This document shows positions 13,669 through 26,295 of a DNA stretch of 64,000 bases, one piece after another (positions within the stretch are counted from its first letter, which is position 1; every line of letters begins with the position of its first letter). The notes under the pieces are model-generated. The model did no database searches. It was not told the origin of the DNA and was given only the letters and a program-made list of their open reading frames with translations. The position numbers and the translations under genes are program-made. The DNA is from Octopus sinensis (lineage: Eukaryota). The DNA is taken from the NCBI RefSeq assembly GCF_006345805.1, contig NC_043020.1:2232001-2296000 (forward strand), written 5' to 3'.

Positions 13669-15340
13669 AAGCTGTTTGCTAGGAATGACAAAGAGCTGGT
13701 AGGGCTGTTAACAACCGTTAAAGAGTTCAGTAATGACATCAGGATGCATTTTGGCCTTGATAAGTATGCTAAAGCAACTTTTGTAAGAGGCAAGCTCAAG
13801 CAAACAGTTTTTGTTAAATTAGATACTGACACTACCATCAAGGAGCTTGACCTCACTAAGAAGCTATAAATACCTGGGGATAAACGAAGGAGATGGGATA
13901 CAACATGCTACTATGAAGGAAAAGAAGAGAAAGGAGTATTACAAGAGAGTAAGACTCGTACTAAAAACTTAACTCAACTCCAAAAATCGCATCGAAGCCA
14001 TTAACACCCTGGCACTTTCAGTAGTCCAATACAGTTTTAACATCATTAACTGGAATCTTACAGAACTCCAACGCCTGGACAAGAAGACAAGAAAACTACT
14101 AATATCTAAGAACACGCACCAACCAAAAGCAGAAGTTGATCGTCTGTACTTATCTAGAAATAATAGGGGAAGAGGAATGATACTGGTAGAACTGTTCTGT
14201 AAGACCTCCACGATAGCAAATGAACAGGCACTTAACTACTGCAGAGGACTAGATGCTGCGGCTTGTCTGCAAACACGAAAGCAGCAAAAAATCATATTCT
14301 ATTGTCAAAGAAGCTTGCAAATTCGCAAGGGAACTCGGCATTAACCCTGAACTAGATGAAGAAGCTGAAATCACAGCCACCAAACAAGCAAAACGGATCA
14401 AACAGACTGCAAAAAAGAACGGGCAGAAACAAACTGAGGATCGTGGAGCCAGAAACCTCTGCACGGACGGTTTATACTTCGAAGCCGAAATGCTGATGTA
14501 GACCAAACAACAACCCATCAGTGGCTCAGAAGCTCAGGACTGAAAGCAGAGACTGACGGTTTCATATTAACGGCACAAGACCAAAGATTGCTAAGGTTCT
14601 TTAACACGGTTCTGACCCCAAATGCAGATTCTGCGATACAGTTGATGAAACAATAGACGCTGTCGTCTCGAGATGTCCTGTGCTGACACCAAACGAATAC
14701 AAATATCGCCACGATAGGGTAGGACAGTATTTGCATTGAAAGATATGGAAATACTACAAAATCAGCACTCCTGCTTACTGGTATGAACATGATCCTGAAC
14801 CAGTAGTTGAAGATAAAAGTGTTACCATCATCTGGGATTTTCCAGTCAACACTGACAGAATGACCCAGGCTATTTGACCAGACATAGTCATTAAGGACAA
14901 AAAGAAAATACTTGTAGACTAATAGATGTAAGTGTTCCCACTGATAAAAATATATATGTAAAGGAATTTGAGAAATTAAGTAAATATAAAGACCTGGAAA
15001 TGGAAATACAAAAAGATGTGGTATCTTAAAATGAGAATAGTTCCTATTATAGTGGGTGCCCTAGGTATGATACGAAAGGGATGTCAGAAACATCTAGATA
15101 ATATCCCAGGAGAACCATGTCTCAGAGAAATCCAAAAGAATGTGCTGACAAACACTGCCCACATCCTTAGAAAATCCCTATCAATTTAAATGTTTGTGTT
15201 GTATTACATGAAGATATTATTTCGCTACTGTCCTTGCCATTTACCCTCCCCAAGTTATCAATCATACTGTAACGTCTCTCATCTTTCACTCGCCGTAGGA
15301 CGCTGGGTGTGTCTCGGCAAGTTATTGTAACAAACATGTA
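13669..15340 (+). mobile_element. 5'-truncated, disabled R4/Dong-clade non-LTR retrotransposon (RT end, thumb, zinc knuckle, RLE endonuclease, 3' UTR)
   Basis: KLFARNDKEL...DIRMHFGLDK...YKYLGINE...RLDKKTRKLL...VDRLYLSRNNRGRG...HQWLRSSGLKAETDGFILTAQDQ...RHDRVG...WDFPVNTD...PDIV...IDVSVP...VPIIVGALG...TAHILRK, with stops and frameshifts. The 5' junction directly follows (TAA)n. Confidence 0.92.
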
Positions 15341-15735
15341 GATTATTTGACTGCGGCCATGCTGGAGCACCGCCTTTAGTCGAGCAAATCGACCCCAAGA
15401 CTTATTCTTTGTAAGCCTAGTACTTATTGTATCGGTCTCTTTTGCCGAACCGCTAGGTTACGGGGACGTAAACACACCAGCATCGATTGTCAAGCGATGC
15501 TGGGGGACAAACACAGGTATACAAACATACACACACATACATATACATATATATGTATGTATGTAATGTATGTGTATGTATGTATGTATATGTATATATA
15601 TATATATATATACGACGGGCTTCTTTCAGTTTCCCTCTACCAAATCCACTCACAATGGTTTGGTCGTCCCGAGGCGATAGTAGAAGACACTTGCACAAGA
15701 TGCCATGTGGTTGGTAAGCAAGCTACTTACCACAC
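15341..15735 (-). mobile_element. SINE family A, tail fused to the Dong 3' end
   Basis: Same sequence as 9275-9752, with part of the head deleted. Confidence 0.8.
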
Positions 15736-16349
15736 AAACGCCAGTAAGTTCGAAACGGAATGGTTAACTGTTTACATAAGTTCCAGCACTTAACTTATTT
15801 TTCATTTTATTGATGCGGAAAGATAAAAAGCAAAGTTGATTTCCGTGGATTTGAACTCAGAAAGCAAAGACCAACAGTAATATCGTAAAACATTTTGTCC
15901 GGCGCTTTAACGATTCTGCCAATCCATACTCTAGCTAAAAACTCCGCGAATGGATTATGTAAATAATAGAAGCACGAAATTCAGCGCTAATCCCTTAGAT
16001 ATTGTTGTCAAGAGCCACCGGGAAAAGGAGGATATTCTAATTGAAATCTCACTCCAAACAGTTAATAATGGCCCTCGAAGACACGAAAACTGAATCCAAA
16101 TACAAATATCTAAGAATGAAGACAACCTGAATGTAGGCACTAAAATAAACAGAAGTAATCCCTATAATAACCAATAATTTAGGAATTATAGAACGAAGAA
16201 CAATGTAAACAAATGTATAACTACAATTCACAAATATATGCAATATACGGAAAATGGTACACAAAGCACCGCTCCTTCGTTTATGTAGAACAGTGGTTTC
16301 CAACCTTTTTGTGATGGCGTATCACTTAGAGGTTTCGTACAGCCACCGC

Positions 16350-16480
16350 ATACCACCTGGTTAGAGCAGCGGACTCGCGTTCGAGGGATCGCGGGCTCGA
16401 ATCTCAGACCGGGCGATGTGTGTGTTTATGAGCGAAACACCCAAGTTCCACGCGGCACCGGCAGAAGGCAATGGCGAACT
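16350..16480 (+). mobile_element. tRNA-derived SINE family C, 5' fragment
   Basis: GGTTAGAGCAGCGGACTCGCGTTCGAGGGATCGCGGGCTCGAATCTCAGACC matches the heads at 19465 and 35715. Confidence 0.7.
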
Positions 16481-16508
16481 TTATATATGTACGTTCGTGT
16501 GTGCAGAT

Positions 16509-16595
<87 letters not shown>

Positions 16596-16617
16596 TAATA
16601 ATATAATAATAATAATA

Positions 16618-16875
16618 GGGATGTCAGAACACCTAGACAACTTCCTGGAAAACCATGTCTCAAGGAAATCCAAAAGATTGTGCTAACAAGTACTGCCCAC
16701 ATCCTTAGAAAAACCCTATCAATGTAAATGTTTGTGTTTGCATTACATGGAGATATATCTCTACTTCCCTCCCCAAGCTTTCAGCTATATTTCAACAACT
16801 CTTAACCTTCACTTGCCCTAGGACGCTGGGGTTGTGCCCGGCAGGTGATTGCATCAAACATGCAGATTTAAAAGT
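16618..16875 (+). mobile_element. R4/Dong 3'-end fragment flanked on both sides by (TAA)n
   Basis: Homologous to 15078-15340 (end of the RLE ORF, ...LKEIQKIVLTSTAHILRKTLSM*, plus 3' UTR). Confidence 0.88.
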
Positions 16876-16933
16876 AAATGACAATGATAAAATAATAAAA
16901 TAATAATAATAATAATTAATAAAATAATAATAA

Positions 16934-17070
16934 CATCGAATGAGAACCTAGGTTCGAAATTTCCCCAAGACACCTGAAGAAGGCTGGAGGGTACATCAGC
17001 CGAAACATTGTGTTAACAAACAAGATGAGGACAAATATCCGTCGAATGTAAATAATATATTCTTCATCTC
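16934..17070 (+). mobile_element. Penelope-like terminal fragment with a hammerhead-like motif at 16969-17014
   Basis: GACAC-CTGAAGA-A-GGCTG-loop-CAGCC-GAAA-CATT-GTGTT. Confidence 0.6.
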
Positions 17071-17417
17071 TTAAATATAGAAACGTTAATATATATGTAT
17101 GTATGCATACATAAATACATTATATATGCATATGGTGGCAACTTTTTCGTAAACGAGAATAGCCATTGCAAGAATGAATCATGGAAATGAGTCATTGATA
17201 ATGTAATGGGAGGTCCTTGTATGACACTTGAACCCTGCAAAAGATGATTTGCACATTTTATTGCATAATGCACAGTTAGGAACAGGTGCCACAGGATGAA
17301 GCTTTCTGACATATCTCGTTTAATCCCCCAACTGGTCGGCATAACTTCCACATACATACTTAGATACATACATTCATAAAAACATACATGTCTATATATG
17401 CATACATATATATAAAT

Positions 17418-17471
<54 letters not shown>

Positions 17472-17571
17472 TATATATGTATATAATTTACATATATATA
17501 TGTGTATTATACATACATATATATATATATATATATATTGTATATATATATATTTTACATATATATATGTG

Positions 17572-17609
<38 letters not shown>

Positions 17610-18028
17610 GTATATTTATACATATGCATGTATATATTATATACATATGATGTATATATATTTAATATATATATATATAATGTATGTATATATATATAAT
17701 ATATATATATATATAATATATAAAATATATATATTATAATATATGTATATATATATATATGTATATGTGTATATATATCCCTATTACTATTGAAGTGCTA
17801 AGCATCTGATGTTCGCGACGCTAACAGCTTCTTCTCCATGTGTCCTGTCATATTTCTGCATTGTGGCATCAGCCATCTATAAACAAGAAAAACCGACCAT
17901 AAACTGGTTGGCTGGAGATCTCCCGTTGCGCAACGCAACAAATGCTCAAAGAGATTACTGTTCACAACCGCTCGTAAGAAAATCAATAAAAACATGGCAG
18001 TGGTAGTAGTAGTCGCAGCAGCAGTCGC

Positions 18029-18059
<31 letters not shown>

Positions 18060-18214
18060 AGTAGTAGTAGTAGTAGTAGTTGTGGTAGTGGTGGTGGTGT
18101 TGGTGTTAGTGGTACTCTTAGTAGCAATAGTAGTAGTGGTGGTATTACGTGTTACTGTAGTTGATAATGGTATCCCCGTAATCCGAAAGATGTCTCTCAG
18201 ATGGCGCTAAGCAA

Positions 18215-18272
<58 letters not shown>

Positions 18273-18442
18273 ACACACACAAAAGTTCGGCTTTTTCAAG
18301 AATTCTTTGAGTGTTTTTAATTATTGTTTCCGTTCAACCAAACAAAGATGGTGGGGGGGGAGGGCTTTACTTCCTTTGGTTTTTTCTATCTGCTCTCTGT
18401 CACATATAATGTTTAATTTTAATCATTTATTTATTATTAAAA

Positions 18443-18490
<48 letters not shown>

Positions 18491-18656
18491 TACTACTCTT
18501 ATTGTTATTTTTATGATTATTGTCCATATTATTATTATTATTACTTATATTCTCTTCTTCTTCTTATTATTATTATTATCATCATCATTATTATTATTAT
18601 TGTTATTATTATTATTATTAATATTATTATTATATATTATATTATTATTATTAGTA

Positions 18657-18701
<45 letters not shown>

Positions 18702-18788
18702 ACTATTATTATTATTATTATTATATTATTATTATTATTTTATTATTACTATTATTATTATTATTATATTACTATTACGATTATATTA

Positions 18789-18823
<35 letters not shown>

Positions 18824-18824
18824 C

Positions 18825-18863
<39 letters not shown>

Positions 18864-19464
18864 GTTATTATTATTATTATCATTATCATTATATTATTAT
18901 TATCATCATTATTATTATTATCACTGTTTATATTATCAACGAACCAATATTTATTCAAAAGAAACCATTATCATGTTTATTGCTTTTGTTTGCTCATCCT
19001 AATATTGTTTCTAACATGGGATTTTAATGTATATGTATGCGAATATATGTGTGTGTGTGTCTGCGCATGTGCACATGTATATTTGTGTGTACATACCTGT
19101 ACATGCCTCTGTGTGTGTGTGCATGCGTGCGTATTTATGAGTGTACTAGAGCGGATAGGTATTACAATCTAAGTCATATCCCCGATCAAGCTTCCTTAAC
19201 ATACCAGGAATTCCATTATGAATTCCATTATAAAAGCGTTGTGACTGCCATAACTATTTCTGGAATTTTCTGTGAAGTTATTGTTGTTGTTTAACCACAG
19301 GTCAGACTTGATCGAGCAGAAATATTCCATGTTTGACCATCCCGTCTTTCGCCGATTTAACGAGAAGCCAGAAATGAGTTATCCAATAAATCTCTTTATA
19401 TTTATGCTGTTGTTGAAAACTGGTAGACATAATGACCACCACCCAGTATTTTAGGCCTATTGGT

Positions 19465-19770
19465 GGAGGCACATGGCCTAGTGGTTAGAGCAGCGGGCTC
19501 ACGGTCGAGGGATCGCGGTTTCGAATCTCAGACCGGGCGATGTGTGTGTGTTTATGAGCGAAACCCCTAAGCTCCACACGGCTCCGGCAGAAGGTAATGG
19601 CGAGACTTCTACTGACTCTTTCGCCACAACTTTCTCTCACTCTTTCCTCCTGCATCTTGCAGCTCACCTGCGACGGACCGGCGTTCCGTCCAGGTGGGGA
19701 ACCTATACGCCAAGAAACCGGGAAACCGGCCCTTATGAGCCATGGCTCGAGAAGGAGCAAACATTTTAGG
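19465..19770 (+). mobile_element. tRNA-derived SINE family C
   Basis: GGAGGCACATGGCCTAGTGGTTAGAGCAGCGG...GGTTTCGAATCTCAGACC (A and B boxes). Confidence 0.8.
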
Positions 19771-19949
19771 CCTATCCGTGACATCATTATTTATTGTGTC
19801 CTTCTCTTTCTAAGATAGTCGAATTTGATTCGAGAGAGATTTGGTTGCTAACTCTAGCAAATTGGTTGGCCGTGTAGTGGCGCCTTCGTTGGTTCGTTTA
19901 TGTAAAGCTGCAAGCCAGAATATTATTAGTATCTTTTCTGACTCGATAA

Positions 19950-20410
19950 AAAATCCTCCTCGAGGAATATGAAGACGCAGGCTCGATAGCAGAGTATTTT
20001 CCAATAAAATTTGGTTGTAGCTGATTCATTGAACACAGTGTCAGGCGACTGTTGTCGCTGGGCCTAACTGATCGTAAAGCAAATACCGCCATGAATGATA
20101 TTCAAACGACAACAAAGAAGGCAAGCCAATGGATTTGGTTAAAAAGAGACAATGAGCAAGGGCTAGAAAAGATTTTAAGCGAAACCTCGTAACCCGTTCA
20201 TCTAGCAAGTAGGGTCCGATCTCAGTGAGGAGAGGGCCAGTGCGCAGTAATGCCGTTGAGAGGAAGGCCCTGAAAAAGCGCGCATTCTCTGCTGGGGACC
20301 CTATAAACTTGCTAACATCCGGTACGCGGAGCTTTCAACTGGTAGGACTTGCTTCTGCAAGTTGTTTGCAAATCATCTGTTTGCCTTTCTTCACGTTTTT
20401 AATAAATGCC
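19950..20410 (+). mobile_element. 3' end of an RLE non-LTR retrotransposon (HERO-like C-terminus) with putative 3' UTR
   Basis: EEYEDAGSIAEYFPIKFGCS*FIEHSVRRLLSLGL...KKASQWIWLKR resembles the recalled PVEVGCRGF...ASRWLWIKR motif; ORF ends at about 20192. Confidence 0.6.
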
Positions 20411-20899
20411 TTGTGGAACTAATGTTAAAGGCACTGGTTCTGCTTTTATAGCCTATATTTTGTTTATTTCACTTTGTTTTTATTGTAGTCAAGTTCAAAT
20501 ATATAATGAAGAAAACCTATGATTAAGAAATTAAGCTGAGACCGTTTCGTTTTTTATTTAGACAACCGTGGTTGTTCCGTTTCTTATTCACGCATCCGTG
20601 AGTGTTCTATCTTTTATTTAGATACTCGTGACTGTCCTATCTTTTATTTAGAAGAAATGGGTCTAAGTTACATAAAAGAATGCAGCTGTCCAACTACATG
20701 ATTCGCCGAAATAGATATCTGTATATTTATGCCGTGAGTCAACTACAGCGAATTTCATTTGGGAAGTACAATTCGGCCATTACGAATGCCGCCTCCGTAA
20801 GAGTACATTAGCTTTAAAAGGAAAGGAAATTGAACAGTACACCTTGGGCAAGTGTCTTCTACTATAGCCTCGAGCCGACCAAAGCCTTGTGAGTGGATT

Positions 20900-20999
20900 N
20901 NNNNNNNNNNNNNNNNNNNNNNNNNNNNNNNNNNNNNNNNNNNNNNNNNNNNNNNNNNNNNNNNNNNNNNNNNNNNNNNNNNNNNNNNNNNNNNNNNNN
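20900..20999. other. Assembly gap (100 N) interrupting a family A SINE on its left side
   Basis: Run of N; 20838-20899 is a SINE A segment cut at the gap. Confidence 0.98.
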
Positions 21000-21735
21000 G
21001 TATGTACATATGTATGTAAGTACGTATGTATGTACGTACATGTATGTATGTATGTATGTATGTATGTACGCACATATGTATGTATGTATGTATGTATGAA
21101 TGTATGCATGTGTGTATGTACATACGTATGTATATATGTATGTATGTATTCATGAATGCTTAAGCATTTACTGTTGAAGTATGGACAGATAAAATTGTTA
21201 TTTCTACTTTTAAGTTGCGTTTAGGTGTGGCTCGGAACAGATTACCTCTATTCATATGTATTTCAATCACTCATGTAACGAACAATTTGGTTAACGAATA
21301 GGGTTCTGGACACAGATTACGCTCACATAATGAGACCCCAATTCGTGCGTACGTATATACATATATAATGAGACTGTAACTGTCTATGCTTTATGTGCAT
21401 ATGCTTGTATCTACAAGTATAGATGCATAATGCAAAATGTTACTGTGAGATGTATATTACATGCTTGGTTTTTTTTTCCCCTTTTCTTTTATTCTTGTAT
21501 TCCATGATTTAAGGATGCATGCATGGGTGTGTGTGTGTGTGTTTGAAGGGGGGGGGGGAGATATGAATAAGGAAAGGTGGATGTGTGTACGCATAGGTCA
21601 TGGACGAATGTGTTCCGGTAACTTACCTACGTGCATATAAATAACCATGTATATAAGAATAATCAATGAGCAGGTATGAGTGCACATTATATACATGCAT
21701 GCATATATTTATACTTATATATATATGTGTATATA

Positions 21736-21810
<75 letters not shown>

Positions 21811-21902
21811 TATTTGTACGTAGATAAATTTATATGCATATACAGATAAAGATATTCACATGCACATGCATATATATATATACACATGTATTCAAATATG
21901 TG

Positions 21903-21934
<32 letters not shown>

Positions 21935-22599
21935 GTATATATGTATATATATATGCATAAGTATATATATATATATATAATATATATATATATTATATAA
22001 TATATATATATATATAGTAGAAATATGTTACAAAAGAAAATATAAAATACACGTGGAAATGTAAGGGTTAAAATATGAAAAATCAACGAAAATGCACATT
22101 GCAAACAAAAAAAGGCTTTTTATGACAGGTATATATATATATATATGTGTGTGTGTGTATATATATGTATATGTATACAGACACATACACACACAAAAGG
22201 AGTATGGGAGGAAAGGTATCCACAACCCATCTAAGAGAAGGAGAACTCCAAATAAGGAGTGACTCAGACCATGGCAACCTGTCTAACTCTATGCCAGCAT
22301 GAAGAGCAGAAACAGAATTATGATGATGATGGTGATGTGTGTGTGGATGTGTGTGAGTGTATACGTGTATACACAGAGTTTTGTATACTGATAACTTCAC
22401 AGTTGAGGAGATATAATATCTATCTCTCTCTCTCTTTATATATGTATATGTATATATATACATATATATATATAGTATATATATATATATATTGATAGAA
22501 ATAGTAGATCAAAAAGAAGGAAAGAGACCTTGATATTATGTATGTATGTATGTAATATATTATATATAATATAATATATATAGAGAGAGAGACGAGAGA

Positions 22600-22792
22600 G
22601 AAGAGAGAGTTTATGAAAAAAAACAAAAGACGAAGACCGGTGGTGTACAAAACAAACCGATGATTAGTATAACGCTCAGGAATAGAAAAAGTCTTTTACG
22701 TTTCGAGCCTACGCTCTTCTACAGAAAGGGACACAGAAAAAACAAGGAGAGAAAAAAGAGGAGAAAAAAGGAAAGACAAAAATGTGTGTAGT
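22600..22792 (-). mobile_element. Penelope-like short repeat with hammerhead-like motif (copy 2)
   Basis: Reverse complement of the 6400-6590 family; motif at 22693-22728. Confidence 0.65.
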
Positions 22793-23559
22793 GGATATAT
22801 ATACATATATATATATATATATATCTGTAAATATAATATGTGAAAAATATTCGGTAGCCAAGATAAAACTGAGTTTTGGATGTCGGGGCAGAAACCCACA
22901 CAGGCATCTCTTCAGTTATCAGGTCATCAAAAAAGTTCTATGAAAATTACTGTTAAAACAAAGGTAAATTATTGTGTGATTGACCGTTGTTAAGACAAAA
23001 GAGCTATTTGAATGACCGCTAAGTGAGGGGTGGGAGTAAAGGTAAGGGAGTAAAAATGTTCATAGTATTCGCGTAAGCGCGCATGTCCATACATACACAT
23101 GCGCACCTGCACACCCACGTACATGCACCTATACATATATACTCATCCACCCTCACTTGAATCACACACATGCTCACCCACACTCCTCCCCATTTCCCAT
23201 CTTCCCCTCCAGTTCTATTTTATTCAATTTACAAAGACTTTACTCTCAATATTATCTAATTGCCCTCCCACCTATTTTTAACGATATCATTAGTACAATT
23301 CTAATTAAGTTTACTATAATTCCCAAGTTGTGTGTGTCTGACAAGTGATACACTCTGAGGCTAAGTATTGAAACTGATGCAATTAACAGAGTCAGAGAAA
23401 TATTTGAATTACCAAAAACATAGAGAAACTCTTAAATTCAAACATGTGTTACCCTGGTGACAGTTATTATAAAGGAGGTAATTAATTCTTGTCCTTCGTG
23501 ACGGGGTGAAAAGTTTGAATTTGAAATCATTTAATAACAAAGAAGTTGCACACCTTCTT

Positions 23560-23770
23560 TTACTTGTTGCAGCCATACTGGAGCACCGCCTTAAAAGGTT
23601 TTAGTCACAGAAATCAACCCCAGGAATTATTTTTGTAAGCTTAGTACTTATTCTAGCATTCTTTTTGCTGAACGGCTAGGTTACAGGGACCTAAACACAC
23701 CAGCATCAGTTGTTAAGTGATGGTGGGGGGACAAACACAAACACACACACAAATATACAAATATATATAC

Positions 23771-23811
<41 letters not shown>

Positions 23812-23968
23812 ACAGGCTTCTTTCAGTTTCCATCTACCAAATCCACTCACAAGGCTTTGGTTGGCCCAAGGTTATAGTGGAAGACACAAGCCAAGATGCC
23901 ACAGTGGGACTGAAACCCAGAACCATGTGGTTGAGAAGCAAGTTTCTTACCACACAGCCAGGCCTGTG
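23560..23968 (-). mobile_element. SINE family A, CpG-decayed
   Basis: Same architecture as 9275-9752. Confidence 0.8.
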
Positions 23969-26086
23969 CCTATATACATATTTAATTTTCTTTTTCTACC
24001 GATTCCAAAGATCTTAACTATTCATTAGTTTCAACCATATGTGCATGAAATGGTGATCCCATATCAAGATAAACAGCACATGACCTTGCAGATGAGGCCC
24101 AGTTAAAATTTTTTTTAAGGTCAAGTAGCCCATCCTCCTGAAAAGGTCCTTGAATAAGCGTTGTTTAAGGATGTCGAACGAAACATCCATGTTTCCAGAG
24201 GCGAATTATTCAAACCCCAAAGAATCCCTCTCAACACATGGCTATGATGCTCCCCCACTACTTCTGCTTGCAATCAGCGACACACATACTGTCAGCCACT
24301 AAGGAACATAGTCAACTGGTTAAGGTCAAACAACTGACAAGCAAATCTGTGGTACTGAGCAGAATATTTGCTGTAGCCCATCTTTTTATAGCAAGACAAA
24401 GCATGTACATGATAACACTTCCAATCAGAAGCCATGAGACCCATGAGTTCAAAATTTGAAATTATTATTATTTTATTATTATTATTATTAAAATGGTAAA
24501 ATGATTAGCGGCATTTCGTTCGGCTTTACACTTTGAATACAAATCAAATCCTATTTCATAGACTCAACCATGTTCTAAAAAAAGTCGAAAGGTAAGCTAC
24601 TATAAATTAGCACAAACTTTCCGGACAACCCAATATTTTGAGGATCTTTCAGCTGATAAAAAACACATGGAAAAGCTGGAGATTTTACATAACATTCAGC
24701 AAGGGTGTGGGTGTAGGGGGGAGGGGCTTATGAGTAGGGGGCAGGTGTGTGAGGTTGGGGTAGAGTGGGGGAAGTAGGGATTATTTTTTAATGTATTTGA
24801 ATTTTAGTTGGATTTATTTGAATTTTCTATTTAGCATGAAGAATTTGATGTTATTTGGTTGTGAATGGATGTATATACACACACGTGTGTGTGTGTGTGT
24901 GTGTGCTGTGTGAGTGCATGTGTTGTGTGTGTATGTGTGTGCATATGTGAATATATGTGGTGTTGTGTGTATGTGTGTGCATGCATACTGGAGTGAACAC
25001 TTATATGTGTGTGTGTGTGTGTGTACATGAATGCATAGGTATGTGTGAGTGTGTGTGTGTGGGTATATTTGTGCATGTGTATATATGTGTGTGTATTTGA
25101 GTGTGTGTGGGTGTCTTTGTTTATTGATGAGGCAGGTGTGTGGTGAATTAAAAGTAATTTCTAAATAATTTACTAAGAAATCAAATTTTAAATAATTTCC
25201 AATGGGCATGGTCAGGGTGTGTGTGTATGTATTTGTGTGTGTGCATTGGGGATGCCTATGCGTATATGGGTGCTTATAAGTGTGTGTGTGTGTGCATATA
25301 TGCGTGTGCATGCAAGTATGCTCAAGGAATGGTAAATTAGAGAAAATAGAATTTTAATTTTAACAGATAACAGGAATAATGCAAAACCAAAATGGAAATA
25401 TATCTGGCAGCAAAGTGAAACAGAGACAGCTGGCAACAGAATCTCAGGTCAAGATCTGTGGTACTTGAATGTATGTTGATGAAAGAGGGTGTATATAAAA
25501 GGAAAAGAGTGTGTGTGTGTGTGTATGAGACAGTGGGTCTTTTATGGAATGGTGCTTCATAGAAACGAATTTCACTCTTATAGTCTTGCACTGCAAATAA
25601 CCACAGCTGCTTCCGAGTCTTGAACTGCGTATAACCCTAGGTTGAGTAATGATGGTGTCTGGAGGAAAAGAATCAAGAACTAAGCACTCTCCTGTGTCAG
25701 AAACAAAGTTTAGCCTTGCTTTGTCAGGTATTTCTTGTCAAGAATCTTCCTGTTTTTATCTTGTCAGTTAAATTTTCTTTTCTGTTTTTTTTATCGGATG
25801 AATTTCTTTGGATATTTCTGCCTTTCACTTTCCAGCAAAATGACAGTCGGTTCCTCAAGCATTGAGTTTTGAATTGGGTGATAATCTTTTATTCTTTTTT
25901 TATTTTTTTACTTGTTTCAGTCACTTGTTGACTGCAGCCATGCTGGAGCACTACCCTGAATTATTTAGTCAAATGAATCAACCACAGCACTTATTTCTTA
26001 AGCTTAGTAGTTATTCTATCAGTCTCTTCTGCCGAGCTGCTACGTTACGGGGACGCAAACAGACACACAAAGACACACACACACCC

Positions 26087-26114
<28 letters not shown>

Positions 26115-26118
<4 letters not shown>

Positions 26119-26295
26119 CGTTAGCCACTACACACATTTTTTTTCTCTCCTTGTTTTTTTCTGTGTCTCTTTCTGTAGAAGAGCGTAGGCTCGAAACGTA
26201 AAAGACTTTTTCTATTCCTGAGCGTTAGACTAATACATCTGTTTGTTTTGTCCACCACCTGTCTTCGTCTTTTGTTTTTTTCATAAACTCTCCCT

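Noticed and set aside
20505-20655. Repeat-spacer pattern as a CRISPR-like array
   Set aside because: Eukaryotic context, spacers homologous to each other, and no cas-like genes.
25520-25660. Strong minus-strand acceptor TTCTTTTCCTCCAG at about 25658
   Set aside because: The phase-2 frame stops after 6 codons and the other frames match nothing I recognise.
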